This document shows, piece by piece, positions 15,240-36,572 of a stretch of 64,000 nt of DNA (positions are counted from its first letter, which is position 1; the number at the start of each line of letters is the position of its first letter). Source of the DNA: Trichoplax adhaerens (lineage: Eukaryota; Animalia; Placozoa); contig NW_002060943.1 in assembly GCF_000150275.1 (NCBI RefSeq), forward strand, positions 10,572,209-10,636,208. Reading direction: 5' to 3'. Made by a program: the position numbers and the translations under genes. Under the pieces are notes generated by a model. That model had not been told where the DNA came from. It saw only the letters and a list, made by a program, of their open reading frames with translations, and ran no database searches.

Positions 15240-16429
15240 CAGTCGCCCTTTTATACCGAGTGTCCCAACATCACGAGATAGCGCGATATGGAGAATGAAT
15301 TGCACAATCGACATCATCGTTTTAAAAGAATTATATTTAATTTGCATGTTAATCTTAAATATTTTCGAATAATGAAATTATGTTATTAATGTAAATAAAT
15401 GAAAGTATGGAATTGAACACAAAGTCAAACGTTCTTTAGATCAAAACTGTATCTAGTCTTACTTCCTATTAACCTAATTACTCAATGTGGTATACTCGTA
15501 CAGTGTACTCTGTATCTCGTGTATTAGATGTAGCAGCAATATTATTTTATACTTGCATTAGCGTGACGATTTATAAAAACACTACTGTGTCACGATATTC
15601 TTACGGTTTTACAATTTATACGCGATATCATAGTTCACAAATTATCATCTCGCATCTGCTTCATTAGATAGAGATTAGTATATACTTTCAAGACATTGGC
15701 AAAACTTATCGATAGTGGCTTGTCATCGCATGCAGTGACCTTAATTTAATACTAAATCGTCTTGCGAACCACTGTTTTAATACTGTAAGAAAGGAACAGA
15801 ATCTTGTAAGCAAAATTGAAGTTATTCAGTAGCAGATAGAATTAAAATTGCTTATTCTAGTTGAAGTGCGGGCCTAAATGCTACATAAAGTGAAAAACAA
15901 ATCTCCCTACTACCTAATTTATTATATAACATTAAGATTACACAATGTAAATTTTAATAAAGAGCCTTCACAACCAATTTATTTTAAATGTTAATAAACA
16001 GTTCTAAGTAAATCAGTTATTTTAAATTTGTGTTGCCATGTTCCATTTCTGAAAATAACCATTCTAAATGCATCTCATAAATAGCATAAAATTAATCACA
16101 TTTTTTCACTTAGACGAGTTTAGAAAGCATCACATGAAATTACTGTAAAATAAGTAGCGCCGAATACATCTTTAGTTCATTATCATTCTGCCCAAGAGTT
16201 ATTACTCTGGCACCGATATAGCGTAGATCAAATGCAATGATAATTGTTTGTTTACCCTTTCGTAAAAAGCAGTCATAAGTATTTACAGTATAGTACTGAA
16301 GGAGAGTGCAATCTATCTTGCTGTTCATTTTTTTTACTAAATTCGGAAGCTGGTCATACCATATGCTTTTAACATAAAGAATAAAGGAAATTTTTGTACG
16401 AAAACATGTTACTTAGGCTGGTTTAGTTT

Positions 16430-22353
<5,924 letters not shown>

Positions 22354-23045
22354 CAATATTTACTTATAGATCTTTCATTGAACAATTTTTCAGTTAGTGT
22401 ACGGTAAGTCTTCAAGCGATCTTTTCTTTCATTTATTTTCAATGTTGCAAAATATACAAGGTAAATCAACTTTTACTTTCCTATACACACACTTTACTAT
22501 TCATGGCAATCTTTCTTATTCTATCTCGAGGAATATTAGTAATAGAAAAATAGAACTGGTCTTGAATTTGTTGTAAAACGTAGTAAAATTGCTAGTGCTT
22601 AAAGTTGCCAGCCAACAATTTTCAATGGAAGGTAAATTTACTAAAACGCTATCCCAGTTTGTTAGGCAATATCGAGTTGGAATTGCACCAGACCTTTCAA
22701 ATACAGTCGCACCTGGTAACGTAAACCTGACTTCCTGGAACATAGATCACTATGCTCAAAGATTCGGTAAACAAAGGATCTATTTGACTTGACAAACTAC
22801 TGTACCATACTTTATACTGTATTGTAAACCCGGTACAATACAGTACAGTACAGTATTCGAGCCAGGGGTCTACAGTACAGTACGGTACAGTACAGTGTAC
22901 AGTGTACAGTGCACAATGTACAGTACACTATTTACTCACTGTAGAGGTCTTCATGGTCCGGTCTGGTCCCCATGGCTGCCATTGACCATTAAATAGCATA
23001 GTAACCATTTGTAGAAACAGGGTTTGCAACGTTATTATTGCTCCT
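22354..23045. promoter_or_regulatory. Probable bidirectional promoter region for SPG7 and OVCA2
   Basis: Head-to-head ATGs are separated by 692 nt. The region contains an ETS-like ACTTCCTG (about 22730), the TACAG array and GCCATTGACCA (22978). Confidence 0.6.
22797..22926. repeat. (TACAG)n-type array with orientation switch in the SPG7/OVCA2 divergent promoter
   Basis: CTGTA-oriented copies lie left of about 22830 and TACAG copies right of it. There is a perfect 12-bp inverted repeat TACTGTATTGTA (22815-22826) / TACAATACAGTA (22834-22845). Confidence 0.8.
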
Positions 23046-24255
23046 ATGGCTGATGCCAAGCTCAAAATTCTTTGCGTACATGGATATCGTCAAAGCGATA
23101 AGATCTTTGCAGAAAAGACGGGTGCACTACGGAAAGGGCTTAAAAAATTAGCAACTTTCACATATTTTACAGCTCCGCATCAAGTGTTACAAGATTCTGA
23201 TGGAAACGATTGTAATGATGACGGTCAATTTGGTAAGAACTGCAGAAATGCAATGTCTTCTCATGGCCATTTCGATCTGTAATTAAAATAGTAGATCCAG
23301 TAATATCAAGTACTACTAATACAGTTCAATGGATATAGAATAACTGTCTTTTAAAAGGATGTTAAATTGGATAATTGATCAATGTACACAACTTTATTGC
23401 CCTTTTACTTTATAAAAAGTAACGAAATTTCCCTAATTGCAAATCAAAAAATGACGTGCAAATAACAGCGGTTATATTAATATTTCTTGTATGCATATAA
23501 CACATACTGAACGCGGCACGAAGAAGCCTGTGATTAAATGAAACAGAACATAATATTCAAAGGCAATTTACTCCAATTTGGTATCACGGTGTACTCATAA
23601 ATATTTTGCAATTATCCTTTATCATATGAAATAGGATGGTGGTTCTCCAAAGATAATAGGACATATAGCGCCTTGCATGTTGCGGATATTGACCTAGGAT
23701 ATCACGAATCTCTGCAAGCATTTAGAAAGTTTTGCTTAGATACCGGACCTTACGATGGTGTACTAGGTTTTAGTCAAGGTGCTTGTATGGTTTCTATTAT
23801 CTGTACTTTGCAACAACGTCAAATCCTTGATTTGCCCTTCAACTTTAAATTTGCAATCATCATGGCTGGTTTTAAATCATTACTATCTCCTCATCTGCAA
23901 TTTTTCACTGATCAGATTGTATTACCGAGTTTGCATGTTTTTGGCAAAGCAGATCGAGTTATCCCAATTGGTAGGTTAAATGGATCTCTTCATGCTCTTA
24001 AAAGTTAAATATTTATTACTTCAAACATGTAATTGTATTTTCTGTCAGCCACATTAATGAACATGACTGCTGTTAACCATACTAATAAAACGGATCGCCA
24101 TATTTCTCTCATCTCTTACATATGTAGAACTTAGCCAAGAACTAGCCAAAAATTTTAAAGACCCAACATTAATTATTCATGAAGGTGGACATTTTGTGCC
24201 TGCTGCTGCGCCGCAAAGAAAAGCTTATATGGAATTTCTTCAAAAGTTTATTTAA
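23046..24255 (+). CDS. OVCA2: Esterase OVCA2 / FSH1-family serine hydrolase, 3 exons
   Basis: Motifs LKILCVHGYRQS, GWWFS, nucleophile GPYDGVLGFSQGA, LPSLHVFGKADRVIP and HEGGHFVP (Ser-Asp-His triad). Stop TAA 24253-24255. Confidence 0.92.
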
Positions 24256-25113
24256 TAATCATGTTATTGTACCATATCAGTAGCATTCACTTCTTTCTCC
24301 TTGTTAAATCAAATAAAGTAAATTTCTATTTTATAATGTATATTTATTAGCAACTACACCCAAAAAGTAGCCCTGAATAATACTAAAGTATTTGCCTTTG
24401 ATACGCTCCATTTGCAACGAATAACGCTACGTAGATTGATTGCATGCATGAATATTGTGTATACCAATTAATTGCATTTATTGAGAATTCATGCGCATTA
24501 ATGAAGAATTTTAACATCACTCACAAATGATGAGTAAATTCACTTCTTATATCTTCGTTTATCAATATTTCATATTAGTCAATGTTGTCGATTCAAAGTA
24601 CAAAATAGAATATTCTATCCCAATATGAAACACCAATAATACAGTATAATTATAGTTGTGATATCTGTAATGTAGCAAAATATAAGTAAACTTTCTCGCA
24701 TCAGATATTCTACAATAACAATTTAAACATTGACGTCGATAAGAAATAATTGCTGTTAATACAAATTATAGATATTGCATAGCATACGATTAGAGTCCTT
24801 AATGTATAATCAGTATCGATGAGAAGCTCTGTACTTCGTTCAGAAAATAATACAATTTACGATACATTTGTAACGAAAAATTTACAGCTTGTGCTTTAAA
24901 CCATAGCAGTAGTGGCTCAAGCATCAATGGAAGACATTAATCATGTAGACCCATATACAATATGGTTTATGCAATTTTTTTAAGGTAGTAGCATAAACTC
25001 TGAATGAATATATTTCAATATGATTCTATTTCAGTATCAAAATGATATAACTGGCGTAGTTTATTACTCTTTTTACCAAAATATACTTATTTTTGTTCTC
25101 ATAAAAGTTAGTT

Positions 25114-28100
25114 TCAAACTGCAGCAGTATAGGAACGACTAGGTACAAAATATTTTTGAGACGATTGTAAAATTAATAAAGTATTGTCTTTATAGTAACC
25201 GTAATACTGAGGATCTTCATTCGCAAATGGAGCAAGTGTCATAACATTCATTCGTAGGGCTAAAGCATTTGTAAATCCTGAATGCCTTGATTCTCTAGTT
25301 GATGGCAAAACTGAAAAAAAGTATGACCGTTTTCAGTGTTTTTAATAGTGAATGAGGATCATTTACATGAAAAACAAAAATTAGATTTACCTTTGGTATG
25401 CATAGCTTCTCTATGAGGATGACAGGCACTAACATGAGTTTCGCCAATTCGAGCTAAGCATGGTTTGCTAGATAAGTTGATAAAAGTTAATAGCATATAT
25501 TTTTTAATATTTATAGGGTCGTTGCTCTATCAGATTATTACTATATGATCATAATAATCTATTCGTAAAATAATAGCTGTATCTTTAATATGGACTACTA
25601 AAATTTATTACAGCATTGGCGGTCTATGGATATAATTATTTGAGCAAAAATACGAGCATTATTAAATTTCTATTCCTTACACATTAATTTTCGGTAATGC
25701 TAATATAGCATTCTTCCTTGTTTCTTGTTCTTTCGACTTTCGCCTCGATTCTTGGCGAGATCTAGATATAAAGAATTTCTAATTTACTAAAACTATTCAA
25801 GATAGCAAATAAGAGACAAACTATCAACATGATTTAGGTATTAATTCTATATCCGAAAGTGTAGCGTATTTAGAATATACTGTAACTATATTCTACTCTT
25901 AAATATAGACATGTTGTATTCATCTTATATTTAGGCGTATCTACAGTCTGTTCGCTCTACATTCAAATATGGCTTACTACATTTAGTTATTACAGTCCTC
26001 GCTATTTTCTACAATCTTCTGCTATTCTATAACCTGTTATGGTATATGTTGTATCTAATCCTACAATCATATTCTCTGCATATGTTCTAATGCCATAGCT
26101 ATAAATACTGTCGCTTTCTACCTTAGATTTGTTAAGTTGCATTATTAGTCACAGTTAGTATTCACACTTTACTCACGGCAGCTACCACGCTGATCTACCG
26201 TAATTATCACACTGTACGTAACTACTAGCTACAATAAAGTATCCTCTTTTCGTAAGCTCCTTGTGCAATTCTCTGCATGGCAACTAAAACCACATTATCT
26301 GACTCTTCGAACCCTCCATCACAGAAAGTAACAATATTTAAATTAGCTTCGTTTTATCATATTTGTCATACTTTTCTAGCTCTTCTTCTCGAGTAAATTC
26401 ACAGAAATAATTAATTGCTTCCAGAGGTGTAATAAACGCTATATGAACGGATCAGGTAGAATTAACTTTTATATCAAGTGAGCAATATTACTTAATATCA
26501 AAAAATAATTTATACCATATCATACCTGCTATTTCTGTTGAGTCAGGAGAAATCTCAGGCCGATCCGATACATTCTCATTGTTTGGTTGAAAGTTAAGTA
26601 AAGCAGCCTAGGTAGGCAAAGTATACAGGAGTAATGAGCTTCATCAATAAGAATGAAAGAAACGTATTGAAATTTAGTTATCAAGTTAGCTGTAGTGTTC
26701 AACAAAAATTACCTTTTTCTTCAAATAATCGGTTACTATAAAACCTGTACCATCACCATAATTCATTAGTAAAAACAGCTATTAATTTAACTCAAAAATT
26801 TTTTTCAGTTTACTAGACAGGTACTTAAAAGTATGATTTAATAGACAATCACATTATACTCGCTACTTATTAACATAGCAATTATTTACCAAATGATTGC
26901 GCATTGCCTTCCTCTGCTTTATCTTTAAATTTAACTTTCGATATATCTTTGACTATTTTATTTGGATTACTTCTCTTTTTTCTAAACATAAAATCATTCA
27001 ATAGGAACATACTGTTATTCGATTGCATATAATGCTGGCTGTACAGTACAATAAATCTATATTGCATACCGCATCTATGTAAAGCATCATTATTTATATA
27101 ATACGCACAGTGATAATCCAAGTTACAATTAGCAATAAAATGTAATCATTACAATCATCATTTTTGTCAATATCATATATTTAATATATAGTACTCTAGC
27201 TTAGCTATAATCATCGTAAATTAATATCGTATACAAGGTAGAAATGAAGGTAATTATTTAGCTTAACATTATTATCACTAATCTATCTCAGTCAGAATTT
27301 TCATTGGCAGTTTTATTACCTTGATTGTTTTACTGCTTCTCTTGATGTAGTTATAGTATAGTGCTCGATATGCTTGGAAAATTTATCAATCCAAGTAGAC
27401 AGCCACGATTCAGTGAAGCTGTTGAGTTGATTTTTTCTGTCACGATTATTTAAAAACTTTTTCTAAAAGATAAGGTTAAAAGATTCCAGTTACTAATAAT
27501 ATTAGGGAAATAATTGTAAATAACAAGTATTGCTATACACTAGAGCATATTTTTTTTTTCAAACCATAATTTTATACATAAGTAAAAACGTGTGTAAGAT
27601 ATCGTTATAATAGTTTGGTCTAAATGAATTGATCTATTCTTCTAAGTTACAATTTATGTAGTATATAATCTCATGCATGAGGACTTAAGACTTGCCGAAT
27701 AAAATGTAACCTAAAAACACTGTATTGCGTGCAGAAGAAATTCACTGAATGCCTATAAATATATACATATATATATATACAATATATATTTCGTAAGTTG
27801 TTATATCATTTTATTACCTTTAAATCCCAGGAATTTATTTCCTTGATCAACATATTGTGTAGATCATATAACCCAAGTTGATAAAGAATTGTTAAGGCAA
27901 TATTTCTAAACAACGAAATAACATTAATTACCGCTGAAAGAATATTCGCACTCATGAAGAATTTTTGTGCAATTTAAGTTTATCAATGACTTCTATAAAA
28001 CGTAAAACTGATTGGAATAAACAACTTACCTAATTTCTTCATCACCACTTGCTGCTTGAACTAACAGTTCAGCAATATATGCCTTTTCCGATTCTGCTCC

Positions 28101-31100
28101 AAGTTTATGCAATGCTCTCAAGGCTGCTATAATAATCTAAAATGAAATAAACACATAAAATCACATGCATTTAATTGAAGTAATAAGAATTTGCTATAAC
28201 TAGAGCTCTTTGTAATTTTACATTAATTTAATATCTTAACACTCTCTACTAACAATGTTAACAATACTGAGCAAATCGTTTTAATTTATCTACATCGACT
28301 TCCCATATAGCAAATTAAATCGATTACTGTGAATTAAGAAGTGTCCATAATTTTTGCATTATACCTTTTTGCCATCTCGCGTATTGACGATGTCTTTTCT
28401 AAGTTCTGCTAAAAGCGCACGAATTAGAAATTGTTTATCTTCCAGTGGATCGTCCACTTGATTTAGAAGGGTACAGATGGCCTAAGATTTATAGCACATA
28501 ACGGAATTAGAAATAAAATTTTAAGGCTACCAAATTAAAATTATCGATAAAAAAACTCTTAAAGTATTATTATAATCACACATGCAGCGAATCAGATATT
28601 AATCATTCAAGGTTTATTGCATTAATCGCAATAAACTTTCTTACCTCTAGGATTCCTACTTTAGTAGAATTGTTCGGCGATTTAAGCTTGATCATTAGCG
28701 CATCTAAGAATTGCTCAATACTTTCAATTTTTGGAAATGACTATTTAAAGTAGGCATAAGAATAAATTACATTAGTTTCCTTTTAAGATACAGTTGATCT
28801 AATTGAATACTTAGTTAAAAAATCTAATTCACAGCTCATTAATAGTAATTGAAGTGTTGAAGCGAAATTTTAATAGAAAATAAAATCTTTCACCTCATCT
28901 TCAATATCAGGGAAGGCCTCTTGAAACCATTCGTCATCCTGAAATTGAGCGATAAAGTTAGGTAAGGTTCTCTTAGGCGGCTCGGGTGATGGAATTCTTG
29001 GCGGAGGGGAAGGTGATGGAGATGGTGATGGAGTCTTTTTGGTCTCTTCTTTTTTCCTGATAATGCAAAATAGAATTAAAGTACACTCATGTTAGACTAC
29101 TAAAAAATCTAACTATATCTATCATCTGGAAAGAGCTATCCCTTTTATTTTATAGCTCACTTTAAATATTGTTTTCTCAACTTGTCACGAAGTGGTCTCG
29201 ATAGATGCTTTTCTACAGGTGTTCTAGGATAAATCTCTGGGTCGTCTTCATCGCCTGATATTGGGGTATCATTTCGTGAATCGTCTGTAACATCTGGTGA
29301 ATTGCTTTCTCTTAATGCTTTCTGCAATCTTTCATAATAGCTTGTCGACTGTGGTATATCAGGAGATTCATTTTCATCTGGTGGAATTTTAGTCTATATA
29401 AGAGGCGAAAATGATAGTGTTATTTATTCATCATATTGATTTATCACCAGATTTTAATTCTGAACGCTTTACAGAAAGTATGTCATACCATAATGCTCTT
29501 GTTATATTTATCAATCATAGCAATGACTGGAGTCTATCATATAGACGTTAAAAAATAGAGCTATATTATACTATATTCTAAATACTATATTCTGAAAGCA
29601 TTCGATCTCGATCTGTACATATTAATTTAGTCAATATGACGGATTACTGTAGTACTTAGTATGTGATAGTATAACAACGAACTACGACTAATTTAAATTT
29701 CACATTTTAAAGTGTTATAATTGCCTTATTATATATATATATACGAGTATTTATCTTTCTAATCTATCGATTTCTCTTTTGGACTGTTTGATAATTTCAA
29801 ACTGAAAACTATTTACCTTTCTACTGTCTAAGAAAGCTAATTGTTCCGTCGTTAATTGTGGTAATTCCCAATTCTGATCATTCCAGAAATTCTCATCATC
29901 TGTATCATCATCTTGAAATAAAGCCCGAGCCAAAATTGAATTAGGAACATATCCATCTGGAGCAAGTGCTGCATCATCCACTAATTGATAGCGTATTAGT
30001 TGCTTTTTAGCAGGCCTGCGAAAGAATCCTGTCTGCGGATATTGAGGAATTTTGAATGATGAATCTGGAAACAACAAAAAGTTCAATTTGATATGAACCA
30101 TAAGTTAAGCTTTGGAACTTTTTCATTAGATTTAGGCATTAATTCTAATTATTTTTCAAGACTAATAATTGATTTAATCAGCAAATTTTAAATCAAAATA
30201 TTTAGTAATGAATTTATTCCTTGTTAATTAGATTTCCATAAAACTATTAAGATATCCTAGGGAAACGCAATAGCTTATAAATATGATCTACTAGTTGCTA
30301 TTATATATGTATATATTACTTTCATCTTTTGATGAGCTATCAGAATGATATGCATCTTCATCATCACTCTCAATAGTGACCTATTAAAAGCAAAAGAAAA
30401 CGTCTTTTACAATATCGCAAAATTTGACTACTCTGAATTTTTGAAATCTAATAATTAGTGTTGGATTCATCTAAAATATAGCTATGGAAGCTTGCTTTAC
30501 GCTTAAATATTTAAAATTTACAATTAACTTACTTTTGTCTTTTTATAGTAAATAGAGTTATAAAAGAGATCCAAGTATTTTTTAAGTGCTACTTTATTGA
30601 CGTTAGGTTTTGTTTTTGGTTTCTATTTCAAAGTTTTTCATTGTTAGTATGTAAATCCGTATATACGCGCCTAGCAATGTCAAAATATAGCAAATGGACA
30701 TTGCTATATTGTGTAGTGTAACTTATTATATTGACTTGAGAAAAATTAGGCTGCGGTATTAAAATTTATATCGAATCAATTAATATTCATGTGTAATTTA
30801 CCGGTGGCCGAACTGAAAGTTTGCCTTGGGTGATTGCATCTAATTCTTCTTCACGAGCTTTAATGCTAGCATAGCCCTATATTTCGTGACATAGTAAATA
30901 GAATACGGGTTGAGCATTGAAACAGCATGGAAAATCAGTTAAAAGAGAATGAAATACTGACATGCTTAAATCTTTCAACATAAATGATATTGCTTGATAT
31001 TTGAGTTTGTTTTTCTCACCTTTTCTTTCGTCTCTCGTTGCATTCGCTGCTCTAATGCTTCTTCATCATCCAGTACGTCTACATATTCGCTAGCTCTAAA

Positions 31101-34100
31101 TAATATTATCAATTAATAGATTAGAAACGCCCCCCAAAATACATACAAAGTATCGACATTAAATAAGACAGAAGCTTAAGAACTATTATAACTTACTCGT
31201 ATAAGCATAGTGAAATAAATCAATTTTAATCTGCACCTTCACTATTGATAACTTACACATGAGCTGTTGGCTTGGCGATCTGTAAACGTTTTTTATCCAT
31301 ATGGGGTAATGTTTCAATGTAATCGTAATGCTGCTTTACGTCGCGATTTTTAAGGACATTCGGAAATTGCATTACTACCATATGTCTTAGATAACTGTCA
31401 GGTAGATCTATTATATTTATTAACAAAGTTAACACGTATCAATATAATATAAAAGGTAATAAGAATAGTCAATGATCTCTTACACCCGTATAATATTATC
31501 AAAAGTCAAGCTATACCAAATCAACTAAAATAAGCACTTTAACTTTAATAAGTTTAATTACTTATACGTTTTTATTGACCTTAATTAATCTTAATCTACA
31601 ATATCAATAACTATGTTTTGACATAACAACTGAAAGTTTACCAATTATGAGTATTGCTCTTGTATATTTGAAATGGTTATAAATGATTTGAAATTAACTA
31701 TGATCAGAAATCTACGCAACACAAATTGTTCTCTTAAAAGAAATTTTAACATCGACTAATATGGAAGCCTTACAATCTTGATGACAGATTTTATGAACAT
31801 GACTTCCTATTCCTACGAGGATATCACCACGATCGCTACAAAATGTTATTCCAGTTGCTTTTGCATTTAATTTAATAACCCTGGATAATGTTAATAGTAG
31901 TTGTTTAGAGATAGACACCACCCAATTCGCAACCAGTAATGAGAATTACTCGCCAATTTAATTAATAATTTAGTTATTGACTTATAGGACAGATAATTTG
32001 TAAGTTCAAATCTATTACCGTTGTAATTGGCTATATTCATCCCAAATTCTGACTGTTCCATCCATACTAGATGAGGCAAATAGTTTCATCTTTGGACAAG
32101 CCGCCAAACCCGTAATATGTTCTGTGTGGTCATCTTCTGCATTATGATTGTTACGATCTAATATCATAAATTAGAAAATAATACAGTAAACATATAGATA
32201 ATGTTCTTATGAAGTAACAACGCTAAAGTATGGCAAAAATTTGCATCTTAACAAGTCATTTGATGTGTATGCAGTAAACTATAGGATTTGTTTTATTAGC
32301 GGAAAGAACTAAAAACACTTGAATTCTATCTAAGATTGATTTGAACTAATTAAAAATCCAATAATTTCTAGTACGTACAATCGTATTATTGAAATAGATG
32401 CCTATAGCTTACTTTTATGTATTACGTTGTAAATAACTGTCGAAAAATCGCCTTTGGAGGGTTCATGGAATGCAACCATTAATCTATGATCAATAACTGC
32501 TAAATGATGAGGTAATTGTCCACAGTAAAACAGCATAATAGGGACCAATTTTTCTTCTGAAAATGCATGTACCCGCCAAACTTTAACTGTGTTGTCTAGT
32601 CAGAATAGAATCATTCCCGTAAATTAATTTGAAAAGGAGATTGTATTTGAATTAATATTTCCTAAATACATTTAATCATTTTAAATCACGGGTGGTATTT
32701 ATAGCATAGTCTAGGCTAATGAGAAAACTGGAATTAGGATTATAATGTTTAAATATTAATTGATAATACCTTTTGCGGAAGAAATGATTTGATCTCTGAG
32801 TGGGTTAACTTCCATGCCAGTAATTTCAGCTCCATGTCCCTTTTAGGTTATTGTAGATATTAATTTAGTTTATTTATAACAATCAGTCATAAATACATAA
32901 TAATATAACATATATAGGCAACATTTACATAATGCTGAATACAAGCATGTGGTCTTAATTTAATCTGAAGATACGATAGGACATCAGTTAATATCGCTAT
33001 TATTATAATGTTGCAATTTATATACCTCTATTTCATACATAGGTGTTCCATAATCTCTAGCATCATACATAGATATTAGGCCATTTTTTCTACCACCAAA
33101 TACTAAAGAAATTGTAGGCAAAGTTTCGTTACCAGCTGTGCCAGCTTGAATGGCGGTAGCTATATAGCTCCATCCGCCTTCTTTGGATTTTTCCTAGGAA
33201 TTTAATATAGTTAACAAATGAGCCATAAGCACCTATTTCGGGCCTATCATTAACGTTGAGATGTATTTCATTCTCAATTGTAACGTCATGAAATCTAATT
33301 TTGATTATCAGCAAATTTATTGGCATTTATTGACTGAATCAAAAACTACTAAAATAATGTTTAATGAGAGGCTTGTACTCACATCTTCTGAGTAGTCATA
33401 GGCGCAAAGGCGGATAATTATATCTGTCATATCAATGTAATGAAGTTATAAATTAATAACTGAAATTGTTATTTAGAAGTGTACATAGATTGATGTTTAT
33501 AATACCCTTTAATTAATTAATAGCTAACATTCGAACAGGCGCTTCATAAAAGGGCTATGTTTTACGTTATGACAGAACATGATTTTACAAACATTTACCA
33601 TCTTTTCCTTTGCTTGTTTGCCAGCTGTCAATAATCTGGCAAGGATTAGTTGATGGTTTGCACTTGACAACTTTTCCATCACTAGTAGCTGCGAATAGTA
33701 AATCTAAAATGCAGTAAATCGAGCAATTTTTATTGACGCTTCCGTTGATCTATGTATATTGTATAATCATGTTCTGTGCACTTACCTGTTTTATGTGAAT
33801 ATCCAATATCCAATATTGCTACTGACATTGGCATCAGTAATGTAGACAGAATGTCCCCTTCATCTGTATCGATCATCCGCACTGCGCTATCAGCAGCAAT
33901 ACAGAAGGTTCGAGGAGGATACTGTGAAAGTATAGGAAAGAAATTAATACAAAAAATTATCCACTTGCATCCAAGTTAATTAACTAGATATGAGAATCTA
34001 ATTTATATAAAATATTATTCTACTCGATAACTCATCTTAGAATTCCCAACTACTATAGAATTGTAGAAGATAACAATAGACTATATTTAGTGGAGTAGAT

Positions 34101-36572
34101 TAGGTCTTAAGGATTATAATTTACTGATCTTGCTTCAAATCTGTAATACTACCTATACCGTTACTTTAGTTGATAGACTAAACGACCTCCGATTTCTTAC
34201 GAGAGTCAAAACTAACTATTGTTTAATGCTAAGCTTCAATACAGCTATAGCTTATTCTCCCTTACCTTTGGGTGAGAAAAGTATTTTATATTTTTGACAA
34301 TGCTCCTGTAAACGAATACCGTAGCAAATTAAAAATCAAACGGACCGTATTTATATTTTTTGCACAATGCAAAGGAGATATTTGACGACTTTGATATCGT
34401 ATTAAATATTAATAGTCTTAAAATGGTCTTACCCTATGGCAGCAAGAACATTATGGCAATGTTTACTTTTCCAACCATGAACACCCCAGGAAGTGAAGGA
34501 TAACATATAATCGAAACCACCCCTAGACCAAAGCCCTTCTACTGGTCCGTCATTAACAATTCTAATTTCAATTCGAAAAACAATACAGCCGTTAAGAAAC
34601 TAACGTTACTACTACTGAAATAACCAAAACCTTTAAATCTTAGTTGTTGGTAATTAATTTGTTAAATAAAGTGCTTTGCAGATACATCTAGTTAATTACT
34701 TGTCCGCTTCATCAAATGTTTCTAAACTCCATACGCGCATTGTGGTATCCCTTGAACCAGATACGATATAGGGACCAAATGGGTAACTGGACAAACATGT
34801 TACTTCGTCAGAGTGTCCAACAAATACTAAGCGTAAGTTGTAATTGTTATCCCAAACTTTGACTGAAATGTAAATTTCAAATTGAAAGTATTTATTATAG
34901 GTGTATGCAATGTACTCATATACCGTTTCATATTTTATAAAAATAGTTAGCAATTTAATTGAATAATAGTCTTTAACGTACTATATGATACTATATTGAA
35001 TGTGTACGTATATCAAAATACCTGACCCGTCTTTACCAGCCGTAACAAGGTTCTTGAGCGGGTCGTAAAATATCATGCTAAAGAAGGTAGTAACAAAAAT
35101 GATTACGTTAAACAACTACAGATTGAAAGTACTCTGATTTATATAAATACTAATAATGGAAAGCACTCAAATTCTGTGCTGAATCGTACCAAGTTATTTT
35201 CTTGATATGAATATCTTTTAGGGTTCCAATATGTTGATTCTTTCGGGTATAAAATATCTGTTGTAATACAGATGTTTTAAGGCATGACATTTTAAAACTG
35301 TAAAGGCATTATCTGATGGGAAGTCAATTTTGTCATTTCTATCCTCATTTCGCTAATTTATGCTTACCATAACAGAGTTATTAACGGCACCAAAACATCT
35401 TTGTGATCGGCTAGCAGTTTGTTCCATAGCTAGTAGTTCAACGGTATCTTTCTGATTTAATTGATCCTGGATTTTAAACGTTATTGTTAGTAGCGGATGT
35501 AATATCAAATTGTTATCTATAATATCAGAGTTATGATACAAGTACGTAGATATTACATTAAATGACTAATATTATCAATAATCGAATATTTATTACCTGA
35601 ATAACCTGGCTGGGAACTAAATGTCTAGCACTATGCCTGAATGTCCATATCTGCATGCAAGGATTATAGTAAAATAAGTTATCATAAAAGTTATAATTGT
35701 TAAGTGGAATATTTTTTTCCTTAGCATAGGATTACTGACAGTGGCGACTTTAAATAACTAACTCAGTTGTTACTGGTACATAATAAATTATTAGGGAAGA
35801 CTAATGACTTACAGTTATATTTCCTACGCCACCAGTCAATAGTTCATTAGTTGTCTCATTATATTTCGCACTATTAGATAATTGTGATTATAATACAATA
35901 TTAGAGGACAGAAAAGGTATCCGTATTTGTATCAGGGAATTTAAATAATAGACCGATATTTACCATGCAATTCTATCCGGTGATTTAGCAGTGGATATTA
36001 CTTCAAAGTTGTCATTTAAGACCTGAAGTGCATATGGTCACACAATTTTCAAATTAGAAGATATTTGGTAGCTTATTAAAAGTGAATTACTCTATAACAG
36101 ATCTAGCCGTATTCGCTCTAAGGCTGTAGACAATATCTTATCTGCTCATTAAAAATATATAATATTGGCCAATTTATTTAGGTTATAGTACCTTTAATTT
36201 TCTGTCATGACACCAGCCAACATATTGATTTACATCAGGAGCATATAAAAAGTCGGTTATAAGAGTTGGTAGTTTATAAAATTCCTTCAGTCCAGTTTTT
36301 CTGTATAAGTGAAAGCCAGTGCTATCAAGGATGATATGAGACTTTATGTTGATGTTAAATATGACTCTATATACTATATCATCGGCATATATATTTCCAA
36401 CTTGCTGAACGCCATGAACAATAGTTATATTGCTAGGTTTTGGCTTTGTTTTTGATAACACTGCTTTACGAATAACGTTCCAATAATACCATGGAGTTTT
36501 AATGATCTCACTTTCTTTCGATCTTGAAGATAAAACTGAAGTAGATCTAGATGTATCTGGTTTGTCTTCCAT
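25114..36572 (-). CDS. WDR97: WD repeat-containing protein 97-like (WDR97/WDR87 family), multi-exon
   Basis: WD40 repeats LVFVGHSDEVTCLSSYPFGPYIVSGSRDTTMRVWS and EHITGLAACPKMKLFASSSMDGTVRIWD. The family-type segments ITFCSDRGDILVGIGSHVHKICHQDYLPDSYL and DGYVPNS follow, then a Pro-rich linker before LPNFIAQFQDDEWF and a HEAT-like C-terminal part. A few late micro-exons are uncertain. Confidence 0.78.

Noticed and set aside
16140-16328. 62-aa ORF downstream of the SPG7 stop
   Set aside because: It lies in the presumptive 3' UTR, with no homology or splice support.
22516-22792. Overlapping 75-aa (-) and 67-aa (+) ORFs between SPG7 and OVCA2
   Set aside because: No recognisable homology. The region looks like promoter or 5'-UTR sequence, with a minus-strand donor near 22726.
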